From Octopus sinensis (lineage: Eukaryota): 64,000 nt of DNA. The translations under genes were made by a program, and so were the position numbers. The DNA lies in the NCBI RefSeq assembly GCF_006345805.1, contig NC_043019.1, positions 29,015,360 through 29,079,359 on the forward strand, read 5' to 3'. Positions 1-12,029 of this stretch are shown one piece after another; within the stretch, counting starts at the first letter, position 1, and each line of letters starts with the position of its first letter. The notes beneath the pieces are model-generated. The model searched no databases and was not told the DNA's origin. It saw only the letters and a program-made list of their open reading frames with translations.

Positions 1-17
1 CAATGAAAGAATTAGCG

Positions 18-58
18 TGTATGTGTGTGCACGTGTAAGAGAGAGTGTGTGTGTTAGT

Positions 59-89
<31 letters not shown>

Positions 90-365
90 TGTGTGTGTCA
101 GTGACAGAGAGAGAGAGTGTGTGTGTTAGTGACAGAGAGAGAGAGAGAGAGTGTGTGTGTGTGTTAGTGACGGAGAGAGAGAGTGTGTGTGTGTGTGTGT
201 TAGTGACAGAGAGAGAGCGTGTGTGTGTGTGTGTGTGTTTGTGTGTGGGATATAAAGAGAGAGAGAGTGTTTGTGAGCGAGAGATAGAGAGATTGAAAAA
301 GAGAGAGAGTGCATGTGCGCATGTGTGTATGTATGTATGTGTGTGTGTGTGTATGCGTGTGCGAG
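18..365. repeat. Compound (AG)n/(TG)n repeat
   Basis: Units of gtgtgttagtgacagagaga; a similar AG/TG tract lies at 31390-31725. Confidence 0.9.
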
Positions 366-869
366 AAAAGAATTAGCTAAAAGCTGCTGAGATCAGATGT
401 CTCACGTATAAAATATTGTTTCTTGCTAAGATATTAGCAAAAGCACTTCTCTGTTTATTGTTAATTTTACTATATTTTTAAAATTTATATTCTTTATATA
501 TTTAACACTCTATTCCCTTTTTCTCCCCCTTTTTTAAACGTTTCTCGCATTCGTAACGTTCATGTCTCCACTATTTTAAATTTAATAAACAAGTATAAAT
601 ATCTCCCGAACATTCTGACATCCATGAAATATTCTTGTCAGTTAAATCTTCAGCTTGCATGTCTAATGTAATTCAATAATAACCTCACTGACAATCAGTC
701 AATCAGTGCAACTAAATTCACTCACACAAGCAGATACCCAACAAAGAACCCCTACACGGTTACTCAACCTCATTAAAAATAGTAGTCACATGTCTGTCTG
801 TCTGTCTATCTGTCCATCTATCTGTCTATCTATCCATCCATCCATCCATCCATCTATCCATCCATCTAG

Positions 870-902
<33 letters not shown>

Positions 903-924
903 CATCTAATTTAAAACAGAGAGT

Positions 925-1215
925 TACTTACTTGTAAATAAATTGGTTAACATGTGACATCATTGACCGAGGTTACCATGGTCTTTTCCGTAGGCTTTTC
1001 TTTCCACAGAAAAACCTTATCTGTTTCCCCTTTACACTCTATATCATGATATTCCTGTGATACACGATCCCTATTGATCATTTTTTCTCTTTTATTTCCT
1101 TTTTACGATCCCTTTTGATCGAAACCCACCCCTTTTTTTTCTCCCCCAAAAGAAAAACCCTACCTTGTAATTTGTCCCGTCTGTGTTCAGCCCAGTGTGG
1201 CTAATAAAGAAACAT
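925..1215 (+). mobile_element. Probable LINE 3' UTR sharing its tail with SINE family A
   Basis: 1171-1212 tttgtcccgtctgtgttcagcccagtgtggctaataaagaaa matches the family A 3' end, but the upstream body is unrelated; sits in (CTAT)n. Confidence 0.45.
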
Positions 1216-1842
1216 ATCTATCCATCAATCTATCTATCTATCTATCCCCTTTTCTGAAATCACATTCTCGTGTCTTAAAAGAAAAAAAGCAGGATACATT
1301 AGTTGATGTAGTCTTAGTTTAATTTACACTATGTCTGAACAAAAGATGGGATGGTCACAGCCTGAATATCTTTGATGACAAGCCTGACTGATCAGAGTAG
1401 AGCTAAACAAAAATAGAACATGCTTCTTAATCACACAGATGGATGGAGAGATGAATGAATGAGCAGGTTGTTGGATGGATCAATCTCTCTTTCCCTACCT
1501 ACCCACTTACCTATTTATAGACACACACCCACATGCATGCATGTATGGACTTTTCTGTTGTAAATGACAGACAAGGGTTCTGCATTTTCTTGCTGAACAA
1601 CATCTTGCACAGATGATTGAAACAAGTAAAAGAGTAAGGCCTGGCTCTTTGAAATGCAGGCATAAACAAATCTTTGCCAGCTGAGAAGACTGAAGCAACA
1701 TGAAATAAAGTGTCTCGCTCAAGGACACAGTGCCCTGCCAGGAATCAAATTTACGATCATGAGCTGAATACCCTAACCACCAAGCTATGTGCCTTCACAA
1801 GACAGTATATAATGTGAATCACAAGAAAGTATATAATGTGAA

Positions 1843-2258
1843 GGCAGTGAGCTGGCAGAGACGTTAGCAAGCCGGGCGAAATGCTCAGCGGTATTTCGTC
1901 TGTCGTTACGTTCTGAGTTCAAATTCCGCCAAGGTCGACTTTGCCATTCATCCTTTCGGGGTCGATAAATTAAGTACCAGTTACGCACTGGGGTCAATAT
2001 AATCGACTTAATTCGTTTGTCTGTCCTTGTTTGTCTCCTCTGTGTTTAGCCCCTTGTGGGTAATAAAGAAATAGGTATTTCGTCTGTTGTTACGTTCTGA
2101 GTTCAAATTCCGCCAAGGTCGACTTTGCCATTCATCCTTTCGGGATCGATAAATTAAGTACCAGTTACGCACTGGGGTCTATATAATTGACTTAATCCGT
2201 CTGTCTGTCCTTGTTTGTCTCCTCTGTGTTTAGCCCCTTGTGGGTAGTAAAGAAATAG
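1843..2258 (+). mobile_element. tRNA-derived SINE family A, 1.8-mer
   Basis: Head ggcagtgagctggcaga..gagttcaaattcc (A/B boxes); body repeated from 2075; 14-bp TSD gtatataatgtgaa at 1829-1842 and 2259-2272. Confidence 0.85.
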
Positions 2259-3208
2259 GTATATAATGTGAATCTTAACTCGGAACCATTCTATCAGGTC
2301 ATTGTTTACAATGTCCCATTCTAGAAACAAAGTCCTAAGGTTTGGCTGATACAAAAAATGCATCAGTCACTGGTTTGAATGAAAAACATTGTCGTGTCTA
2401 CAGTTGAGCCTCTGTTGCAATATGACTGAAAGAAGCAATTAAAGTAGACCAACATACACACACACACGTGCATATTGATATACATATGCAGATACACAGA
2501 CATGCAAATACATACTGTAACAAACAAACCCCCAAACAGGATAGATGCCAGGCTATTATTTGTTGTTTTCATAGATTGCTGCCAACATACTTGCTAGAAT
2601 TAGTTTGTAAATAGACCTGGTAATGATGCCATGCAGAATAACAATGACATAATGCCAACAACACAACATTTTATATATCATAATCATCATAATCGTCACC
2701 GTTTAATGCTCATATTCCATGTTGGCATGGGATGATGATGGTTTGACAGAAGCTGAGAAGCCAGAGGACTGTGTCTGATGTGACATACTTTCTACAGATG
2801 AATATTCTTCCTAATGCCAACCACTTACAAAGAGAGAGAGAGAGGGGGGAGATAGAGATAGATAGAGAGAGAGAGAAAGAGGGAGGGAGGGAGGGAGAGA
2901 GGGAGGGACAGAGAGAGGTAGGGAGATGGACGGAGAGAGAGGGAGGGAGGGAGAGAAGGAGGGAGAAAGAGAGACGGAGAGGGAGGGAGAGAGAGAGAGT
3001 GTGTGTGTGTGTCTGTGCGTGTAGTGGGTATTTAAGCAATGTGTTTGTGGATAGAATGAGCAATAACTCTTGAAATATTTATATATACCCAGGACTTATT
3101 TTTCTGTCTTCAATCGCATTGTTTACAGAGATGTAGTTGTATAGAAAACATCCTCATAACTTTCAGTGCTGGCTCTAAGTTATACAGAAAAACTGTAGAG
3201 ACAAAATT

Positions 3209-3559
3209 TGGCTGTGTGGTAAGTAGCTTGCTTACCAACCACATGGTCCAGAGTTCAGTCCCACTGCATGGCACCTTGGGCAAGTGTCTTCTACTATAGC
3301 TTCGGGCCAACCAAAGCCTTGTGAGTGGATTTGGTAGATGGAAACCGAAAGAAGCCTGTCGTATATATATATGTGTGTGCGTGTGTGTGTGTGTCTGTCC
3401 CCACCACCATTACTGACAACCGATGTTGGTGTGTTTATGCCCCAGTAACGTAGTGGTTTGGCAAAACAGAATAAGTACTAGGGGTCGATTTATTCGACTA
3501 AAAGCGGTGTTCCAGCATGGCCACAGTCAAATGATTGAAACAAGTAAAAGAATAAAAGA
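3209..3559 (+). mobile_element. tRNA-derived SINE family B (CORE-like)
   Basis: tggctgtgtggtaag..gttcagtccc head, caccttgggcaagtgtctt CORE-like segment, internal (TG)n, aaaagaata tail; many copies in the window. Confidence 0.85.
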
Positions 3560-3572
3560 ATGTGTGTGTCTA

Positions 3573-3607
<35 letters not shown>

Positions 3608-3612
3608 ATATA

Positions 3613-4488
3613 TAGGGTCATCCCATGTGTTTTTTTACAATTGCATGAACTAAAAGTTGGAGGGGGGGGGCAGGATAAACTACCTGTATCAACTTACTAT
3701 AAAAACAGGGTAGTAATTTTACCTTGTCCTTATTCTTAGTGCAAGTTTTGAAGAGTGCAGTTTGATTTTAAGAATTACTTTTTCAAAGCTATAATGGAAG
3801 TGACAAAGGAGCATATTCGTTATACTTTGCTTTATGATTCAATATAAGGCAACAATGCAATGGCGAGGAATATTAACACAGTATATGGGTCCAGACAATA
3901 AGCGTAATTTAGTGTCAATGGTGGTTCCAGAAATTCTGAGCCAGAAACTACAGCCTAGAAGACAAGCCTCATCCTGGAAGATCTGTAGAGCTTGACAAGG
4001 TTGTCTTGCAAACCCTGGTGGAAATCCCATTGTAACTGTTGAGGAACTAGCAGAGAAGCTTGGATTTGGTCATTCAACCATTCATCGACACCAGAAGGAA
4101 GACAACCATCTTTGGTTTCAAGATGAAACGTGTCCTTCCATCAAGATAATGCTCGGTCACATACAGCGAAGATGACATTCCAAAGGCTGGAGCAGTTTGA
4201 ATGGGAAACAATGTCCCACCCGCTATATTCGCCAGACATTGCCTCATCTGATTATCATTTATTCCACAGTCTTCAAAATCATTTGGATGGAAAAAATATG
4301 AATTCTGTAGATGAGGTCAAAACAGTACTGGGGGTGAATTTCAGAAGAAGGGCCTTGAAAGTCTACCAGACAGATGGAAGAGCATTGTAGAAAATTAAGG
4401 AGAGTATATTTTAGATTAAAAAAGAACTTTATCTTAATTTTGAAAAATAAAAGTATAAAAAACCCGCATTATTTATGAGATGACCCAA
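3613..4488 (+). mobile_element. Internally deleted mariner transposon
   Basis: TIRs tagggtcatcccat / atgagatgacccaa with TA flanks; remnants MEVTKEHIRY.. and FHQDNARSH..HPLYSPDIASSDYHLF (D,D34D-type motifs); frameshifted. Confidence 0.92.
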
Positions 4489-5696
4489 TATATATATATG
4501 TATGTATGTATAAATACACACATTCACATATAGAAGTGAGTTGAAATCTTCTTCTTGTGAACAGAGTTTCATGCAACAGTGATCACCAGAACATAACTGT
4601 CTTCTTTCAATATTCAGGCTGGTTTAATATACATGGGAATGGGACTATTTTTTTTGTCTATAGCTTTTGATTTCATTAGCTGGTTTCTAATGCCATTTTA
4701 TTAGAGCATTGTGTATGGTTGTTGTCATTTCATTTGCCAATTTATTGGTGATCCTATGTTATATTGCTTGGCTATTGTTTATCTCTGTATTATTGCCTGT
4801 TATCTAATTCAGTATCCAGTGTCTTTGCTTCTATATTGTGCAACTGTATTCTGTTTTGCTAAACTTGTTTATCATTTATTCACTGGTTGATTTAATACTC
4901 AGCCTGTATCTGCTTCTTGATTACATCATTCACATCTTTGTTATGCTAAACTTCTCATTCGATACTTCAAAAAAAAAAATTTTTTTTTTTTTAATATCTG
5001 AAAATTCTCAGAGGGGGACAGTGAGACACAACGATGTGAATGCCAGAGAAACAACAAGAAAGAAAGACAGAAATTAACCATAAGAAATTTTGATAAACAT
5101 CAGATATAAAATGCAAACCACTTAACAACAGTGTGTATCAAAAAGATATTTTGTGACTTCAGATATTAAAATAAGAATTTATGAAGTATAAAGAATAACT
5201 TTAGCAAATATGATGTAATGTAATAAATAGGTATGTGATAGTTACTGAACCAACCAATGAATAAGCAATAAACGAACAAACATTTCTTACGAAAAGCATA
5301 CAATAAGACAGGATGCACTACACAAAAGACAAGTAAAGACTGGACAATGATTGAATTGGTTAATAGGAAATGGCATATAGACCTGAAAAACAATAAACAA
5401 ACATATACATGTGTGCATGTGTGTGTGTGTGTGTGTCAGGGAGAGTGTCTTTGAGTCTCAGTGATTGTACATGGGATAGTACATGGTATGTTATACAAAC
5501 TTGTCTGATTACTGTACTACTTGAGCATGAAGTTCATAGTAGCTCTCACATTTAAATCCTGTATTTACTCAATGATATTTATCTATTGCTAGATGGAGCA
5601 CTTTTCCATCGATCTTGTCAATAAGAGATCAGTATACCATACATACATATGTACTTGTGTCTTCTGCAGTTAGCATACATACATATCAAACACAAA

Positions 5697-5930
5697 CGTG
5701 GTCTGATCAATAAGTATCCGGACTGTTGCCATAGAAACGAAGTTAAAGCACGCAGAGTTGAAGCCACTTGGCACAGATTGATCTTGAACTCTGCTGTGCA
5801 TGCGCACTAAGTTATAATGTTCTAGCTCACTGCTTACAACAGCGTTTGGAAGGAATGTGTGTAGTGTGTGATCATTGTATTGACCATGACAGAGAAAGTT
5901 GAGCAGGGAATCTGCATCAAATTTTGCCAA
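5697..5930 (+). mobile_element. 5' end of a second mariner family
   Basis: TIR cgtggtctgatcaataagtatccgga; ATG at 5886 gives MTEKVEQGICIKFCQ; truncated by a SINE B tail at 5931-6017. Confidence 0.75.
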
Positions 5931-6094
5931 GAATAAGTCCTGGGATCGATTTGCTCGACTAAAGGCAGTGCTCCAGCATGACCACAGTCAAATGACTGAA
6001 ACAAGTAAAAGAGTAAAGGTTCAGAGGCCTAAGCAAATATTTCATCATTCTCAACACAATCAAAGAGGTCTTGTGCAACTGAAACCTGAGTATC

Positions 6095-6490
6095 TTTTTG
6101 GTCAGCTGAAAGCAGTTTTGACACAAACTTGGCAGACCCAAATCTTCAGTGATAATGGATTTAACTGAACCATAACTAATCTTCACATCCTCTGATAACT
6201 CATGGATAGTGATTTGATGATTTCCCCTCATGGTTGTACACATATCTAAGATGTTTTCCCAGTTCTGCTGGTTATGGGTCTCCTAGAACATTTGCCAATA
6301 TCAACATTTTTTCAGCCATCTTGGAAACGTCCAAACCACTCATACACTTCTCTCTATACACTTTCTGGAACATTGCATAAGCCATGACAACTTTGACATG
6401 GTCAATGCGATGATCACACACTACACACCTTCCTTCCAAGTACTGCTGTAAACAACAGAAGTGAGCTGAAACATTAAAGCTTAGTGCATA
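6095..6490 (-). mobile_element. Mariner fragment, same family, inverted
   Basis: NHQITIHELSEDVKISYGSVKSIITEDLG helix-turn-helix; 6390-6490 resembles the reverse complement of 5800-5895. Confidence 0.75.
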
Positions 6491-6653
6491 ATGGGCTTCT
6501 TTCAGTTTCTGTCTATGAAATCCATTTGCAAGGCTTTGGTAGGCCTAGGGATATAGTAGAAGACACTGGTCCAAGGTACCCAGCAGTGATACATAACCTA
6601 AAACCACGAGATTAGGAAGCAAACTTTTTACCACACAGCCATGCCTTCACCTA

Positions 6654-6877
6654 CAAGGGGTTGCTGAAAAGTTCCTTGCTTTAAAGCTATTGCAAAAAGC
6701 CTGGTGGGAGGCCCAACCTTCTGAGTTCTTTTAAAGGGCCTAGAAAAACAGAAGGACTGCTGCAATAAGTGTGTGAATCTGAAAGGAGAATATGTTGACT
6801 AAAATCATAATTAACTGATTCTCCTGTATTTTCTTTCACCCGAAGCCAAGAACTTTTCACCTTCCCCCCCACCCCAT
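6654..6877 (+). mobile_element. Mariner-derived MITE
   Basis: TIR caaggggttgctgaaaagttcc / aagaacttttca; encodes the terminal CNKCVNLKGEYVD*; inverted relative of 25192-25647. Confidence 0.7.
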
Positions 6878-7473
6878 AAACGTGTTTAATAGAGTTTAGT
6901 AATAACTGAAGATGTTTAATAGAATTTTGTAATATCCCAAACACATGACAACATTTTATGATGCCTAAAAACACATACAGAGCCTGAGTATTTAACCTGA
7001 ACTGAATTTCATATAAAATTCATCTGGTGATTGTAAATTTTGGTAGTTTTTTTTCCTCTTTCCTCACACAACTAAATACAAAAAAAAAAGCAAAAAAAAA
7101 AAAAGCCACACACAAAATCTGTAACAGTTTCTATACTCTTATCATAGAATCCAGGTTAACAAATGATGCTACAGCAATATTGGAGAATTAGTAAAGAAGA
7201 CATCTTCACAGTTCGCATCAATAAATAAGTAACCGTAATAACACACTGCTTCATTAACTCACAATATATTCTCAGCTCATTTCGATATATTCCACAAGAG
7301 AGACTATGGACTAAAATTGCAATTTTCTTAATCCTTCCAAATTTTTCTTTCTTTTTTTTTCACCACCCCTCCCTTCCTCCCTGCCATCAAAATTGTGCCA
7401 ACAAAAGATAAGACATAATAGCAGTTGATTGGGTGTGCATTTACCATAAAATAATAATAATAATAATTTTATT

Positions 7474-7850
7474 GGCATAGGGGTGGCTGTGTGGTAAGAA
7501 GGCGGTGAGCTGGCAGAAACGTTAGCACGCCGGGCGAAATGCTTAGCGGTATTTCATCTGCCGCTACATTCTGAGTTCAAATTCCGCCAAGGTCGACTTT
7601 GTCTTTCATCCTTTCGGGGTCGATAAATTAAGTACCAGTCACGCACTGGGGTCGATCTAATTGACTTAATCCGTTTGTGTGCCCTTGTTTGTCCCCTCTA
7701 TTTTTAGCCCCTTGTGGGCAATAAAGAAATAAGAAGTTTGCTTTCCAACCACATGGTTCCAGGATCACTCTCGTAGAGTGGCACTTTGAGCAAGTGGCTT
7801 CTGCTATATCCTTAGGCCATCTAAAGCCCTGTAAGTGGAAGCTGGAAGAA

Positions 7851-7894
<44 letters not shown>

Positions 7895-8180
7895 CACACG
7901 CACATACATAAATAAATACAGACATATATATGTATGTACACACACACACACACACACGTGTGCATGCGTGTGTGTGTGTGTGTGTGCATGCATGTCTGCT
8001 TGTGCCCTCTTGTCTTGGCTTCCAGTATTCTACAAAAACATATCTGGCTTTGGGGAAATATTACCTTGCTTAAGAGGGTTGGTGGCAGGAAGGGTATCCA
8101 ACCATAGAAAATCTGCTTCAATAAAACTTCATGCAAACCATGCAACCATGAGAAAGTGGATTTTAAAATGATGATGGTGA
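7474..8180 (+). mobile_element. SINE B (long-tail form) with a nested SINE A at 7501-7729
   Basis: B head interrupted by A; TSD taagaa at 7495-7500 and 7730-7735; B resumes and ends in gatgat. Confidence 0.8.
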
Positions 8181-8237
8181 TGATTTATCTGCCAAAGGGA
8201 CATTAAATGAAGGGGACATCACAAAAACAGGTTAAAT

Positions 8238-8599
8238 CAGTGGTTCTCAACAAGGGTTCATATAAAGTTTTTTTGGGGTCCATGTAAGCAAAATAGAAAA
8301 TAGGAGATTTATGGAGTAGTTTAGGGGGTCCATGAAAAAATGTTGCTTTTGATGTATTTTTTGCAAGACACAACACATAAGTTTCTTTTTCTGATTCTAA
8401 ACTTAGTTCAACATGTTTCCGGCTACTGAAACATGTTCTCTTGGTGAGTGATACTGCAAACCGACACAAGTGAATGTATGGTAAACAAAACGGGAATTTT
8501 GAAAGAAATATCTATAAAACTGAATGGCAATAACGGGAGTCCACCAGAATAGAAAAGTAATCAAAGGAGTCCACAATAAAAAATGGTTGAGAACCACTG
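8238..8599. mobile_element. hAT/Charlie-type MITE
   Basis: TIR cagtggttctcaac / gttgagaaccactg; 8-bp TSD ggttaaat / ggttagat. Confidence 0.88.
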
Positions 8600-9489
8600 G
8601 GTTAGATAAAGTGTAGAGGGGGATTTACACAGAAATTAAATGGAGGGAAAAATAAGGTAATAAAATACCATATGATGGTTGGTTGGTTGGATGTCTGGTT
8701 GCTAGGTGCAGCTTGAATATGCTTTAAGCAGCAATCCATGGCCAATAAACAGAACAGCTTTAGTTCTAGTCTTGAATTATTTTGTTGTGAGGTTAGCATC
8801 TATCATTTATTCACATACGTACACCAGAATTGCAGTACATGTAAAGCAGGCTTTTGTTTCTTCTTCGTCTTCCTCTTCGTGTAATCACTACGACAATGCT
8901 GGCTTCATTATCTAATGACTTACTAATAAACTATTTTCGTTGCCGATTTTTTTTTTTGGGTCGTGTTTTGTTTCGCCATATTACCTTGCTGTATTCGTAT
9001 TTATTCCTTCCGACCTTAGAGCTATTTTCCTTTCAGTAAAAACAGAAACAGAAATGGTCATGTGATCTTCTTCGAACTTTCTTAACCAAATCTACTCCCC
9101 CCCCTCTCTCCAGCCTCACCTCTGCCCTCTCTCTCTTCCCCCCTCTCTCTATCCAAATGCCTGAATTTACATCAATGAATAGAATACCATGTAAGTGATG
9201 TTTTAACATTTATTTGTGAATATACTTTTGGTTTCCAAAGTTCAGAAATTGTATCCAGTGAATGGTTGCATGCAAGCTGCTGCACAGCAGATGTGCACCT
9301 TTTCACAGCATCTCAATACATTAAAAGGTCAATTGCAACAAAACAGAGATCAAAACTTTTGTTCCATTTGGTGATGGATGTGTGTCTATATGTGAGTGTG
9401 TGTGTGTGTGGGGGGGGAGTTTTATTTTTTTCACATTTTTCAAACTATTTCAACGTTCAGACTATTGAAATGGGACACAAATTAACTAA

Positions 9490-9965
9490 CAACCACTGTA
9501 ATCATCATCAGCACTATCATCACAACAACTACAGCTTATTTGCCACTGCTTACCGCCGCCGCCACCACCTCCTCCTCCTCCTCCACCGCCGCCACCACCA
9601 CCACCACCACCACCACCAGAACAACAACAACAACAGCAGCAGCAGTCATCACAACCATTGTCACATCAAGAACAGTTATTGCTCCTACTGTAGCAACCAC
9701 CACCACCACCACCACCACCACCACCACTACCACCATCATCATAACACATCACAGCAATCATCACTTACAACCACTAACCCATCAAATACTACTACCGCCA
9801 GTAGCAACAATAACAACAACAATCAACAGCCAATAAATACTACGACTATAACAACTACCACTACCTCCATGACAGCAACTGCAACAACAACAACACTGTT
9901 GTATGCAAATATCTTGGTATTTAAACAGGAAGTGATGATGATGATGTTGATGATGATGATGACTG
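9490..9965. repeat. Compound trinucleotide tract (CAC/CAA/CAG/CAT/GAT)
   Basis: Read directly from sequence. Confidence 0.9.
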
Positions 9966-10220
9966 TTCACTATTACCTCACCACACACACACACACACAC
10001 ACAACCCTAACTTTGATGATATCTTGAGAAGGTCATCTTGATCCCAGTATCTAATTCTGAAGTGAACAGTCCTGAAATATATTGAAACGAAGCTGAGATC
10101 AAAATCAACTTACTGTCCACACTGATGGATTCAGTTTAGATATAAGCTTAGAGGGATTCACCTAAGCTGATGTATATATATATCCAGCATGGCCACAGTC
10201 AAATGACTGAAAGAAATAAA

Positions 10221-10287
<67 letters not shown>

Positions 10288-10529
10288 TTTATAGCTTATT
10301 AGATGGAATCAGATGAGATTTAAGCATCTGTTCGACAGCTTGGTATTAATCAGCTTCTACAGCAAATGTCATGACAGACCACACTCTTAGTCAATGAAGG
10401 AACCTCTATGAGGTCATTCAATCTGTTAGAAACAGCAGCTAAATTTCATTTAAATCAAGCCTTAACAATCAGATGAAAATCTTAGCAAAGAAATAAAAGA
10501 TATTAAGAGCACCATGAAATAAATTCTTT

Positions 10530-10790
10530 CAAACGCTTGGATGTAGGTGATAGCTTCTTTTACCTAGGTGACCTAATTAGCAGAGGAGGCGGATAGTTTG
10601 AAAAGATAGCCACCAGATTAGGAACAGAGTAAAAAAAGGTTCAGAGATTTATTGCTCTGCTGACAACAAAAGGATTCTTTTCTAGGGTGAAACGTACTTT
10701 ATATGATACTTATATGAAGTATAATATTACAAGCTGTAAAATATGGGCACTGAATGTAGAAAATAAATGAAATAACTAAATAAAATGAGT
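10530..10790 (+). mobile_element. Decayed RTE-clade LINE fragment
   Basis: LDVGDSFFYLGDLISRGGG..LLTTKG..RVK..LYD..WALNVE; same family inverted at 27090-27470. Confidence 0.65.
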
Positions 10791-10899
10791 TTATTTCATA
10801 CAGTGCCTATCAGAACTTATCAGAACAGGTCGCCAAAAGTACATGGACAATACACAGAATAATGCACAGAAACTGGACAGTGAATGAGTTGTTTAAAAA

Positions 10900-11135
10900 A
10901 GGAGGATGGGGTGACATCAGGTGTATTGTTGGTCAATTTCAGGAAGCACAGAAGTTTCAAATGATGTAGTATCTTGACAGCTAACAACTGATGTCGGTAG
11001 TTTATTCAATGCATCAGCAATTTCTGAGCATGAATAAATATTTCCGAGAGTCATAGGTGCTGCAATTTTGTAAGCATGTCCACCGAGTGTTTGACACATG
11101 GAATTCAAAAAGGTGTCCAAGGTTGCTGTTGGAAA
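10900..11135 (-). mobile_element. CR1-clade LINE ORF2 C-terminal remnant
   Basis: Across frameshifts: LFEFHVSNTR/GHAYKI..RKYLFMLR/IADALNKLPTSVVSCQDTTSF, matching the TRGH..WN.LP..VV.......FK pattern. Confidence 0.7.
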
Positions 11136-11312
11136 GTGTGTGTGTGTGTGTGTGTGTATGTGGAGGGGGAGGAAGCAAGAACATTCCACTAGATATGTAA
11201 TGTGCACAAACAACAAAGATAAATTGAGAGATAAACTGAGCATGAGAGGAAACTAGGTACATGAACTACTCTTTTAGAGTGAAAAAGAGATCACTGCACT
11301 TGTACAGCCATG

Positions 11313-11394
<82 letters not shown>

Positions 11395-11441
11395 ATGCAT
11401 ATATATATATATATGTATGTGTATATATATATATATATATA

Positions 11442-11612
11442 TCATCATCAGCATTTAACGTCTGCTTTCCATGCTAGCATGGGTTGGATGATTTGACTGT
11501 GGACTGTCGAACTAGATGGTTGCACCAGGCTCCAATCTTGATCTGGCAGAGTTTCTACAGCTGGATGCCCTTCCCAAAGCCAAGATGCCCTTCATATATA
11601 TATAAATATTTC
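11442..11612 (-). mobile_element. SINE-like family C (GAT tail)
   Basis: catcatc..tttaacgtc.gctttccatgctagcatgggttgga..ggatgcccttcc; other copies near 2690, 11822, 21435, 25268, 55260, 58226. Confidence 0.75.
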
Positions 11613-11883
11613 ACATTGGCAAAGCAAGACTAATAACCTGATGTAGAACTCAATATACATATGTTTCAGAATACAATGTTGGATGAGCATAGAGTGGTAC
11701 TAAGAACAAAAGAATGACTCTGGAAAAAAAACACAACGGTTATGTAAAGAACTTCATTACCCACCCTTTGAAGTTCATGACAATCTTTGTTTTTTCTAGT
11801 GTCACTTCTTTGTTCTTATATATCATCATTATCGTTTAACGTCTGCTTTCCATGCTAGCATGAGTTGGACGGTTCAAATGGGG

Positions 11884-12022
11884 TCTGGGAAGCCAAGAGG
11901 CTGCACCAGGCCCAGTCTGATCTGGCAGTGTTTCTACAGCTGGATGCCCTTCCTAACACCAACCAGCTGTAGAAACACTGCTAGATCAGACTGGGCCTGG
12001 TGAAGCCTCCTGGCTTCCCAGA
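11884..12022. repeat. 60-bp inverted repeat of family C with a 19-nt spacer
   Basis: 11884-11943 versus 11963-12022, 3 differences in 60. Confidence 0.92.
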
Positions 12023-12029
12023 AGGTGAT

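Noticed and set aside
1843-1930. tRNA genes
   Set aside because: A/B boxes belong to SINE heads; no complete cloverleaf.
4130-4390. Transposase ORF as an active gene
   Set aside because: Central region deleted and N terminus frameshifted.
9266-10027. 253-aa His/Asn/Thr-rich ORF
   Set aside because: Open because of trinucleotide repeats; starts at TTG, has no domain, and other frames are open too.
10917-11126. Apparent terminal exon (ccaacag|...QQYT*) on the host strand
   Set aside because: Better explained as a frameshifted CR1 ORF2 C terminus.
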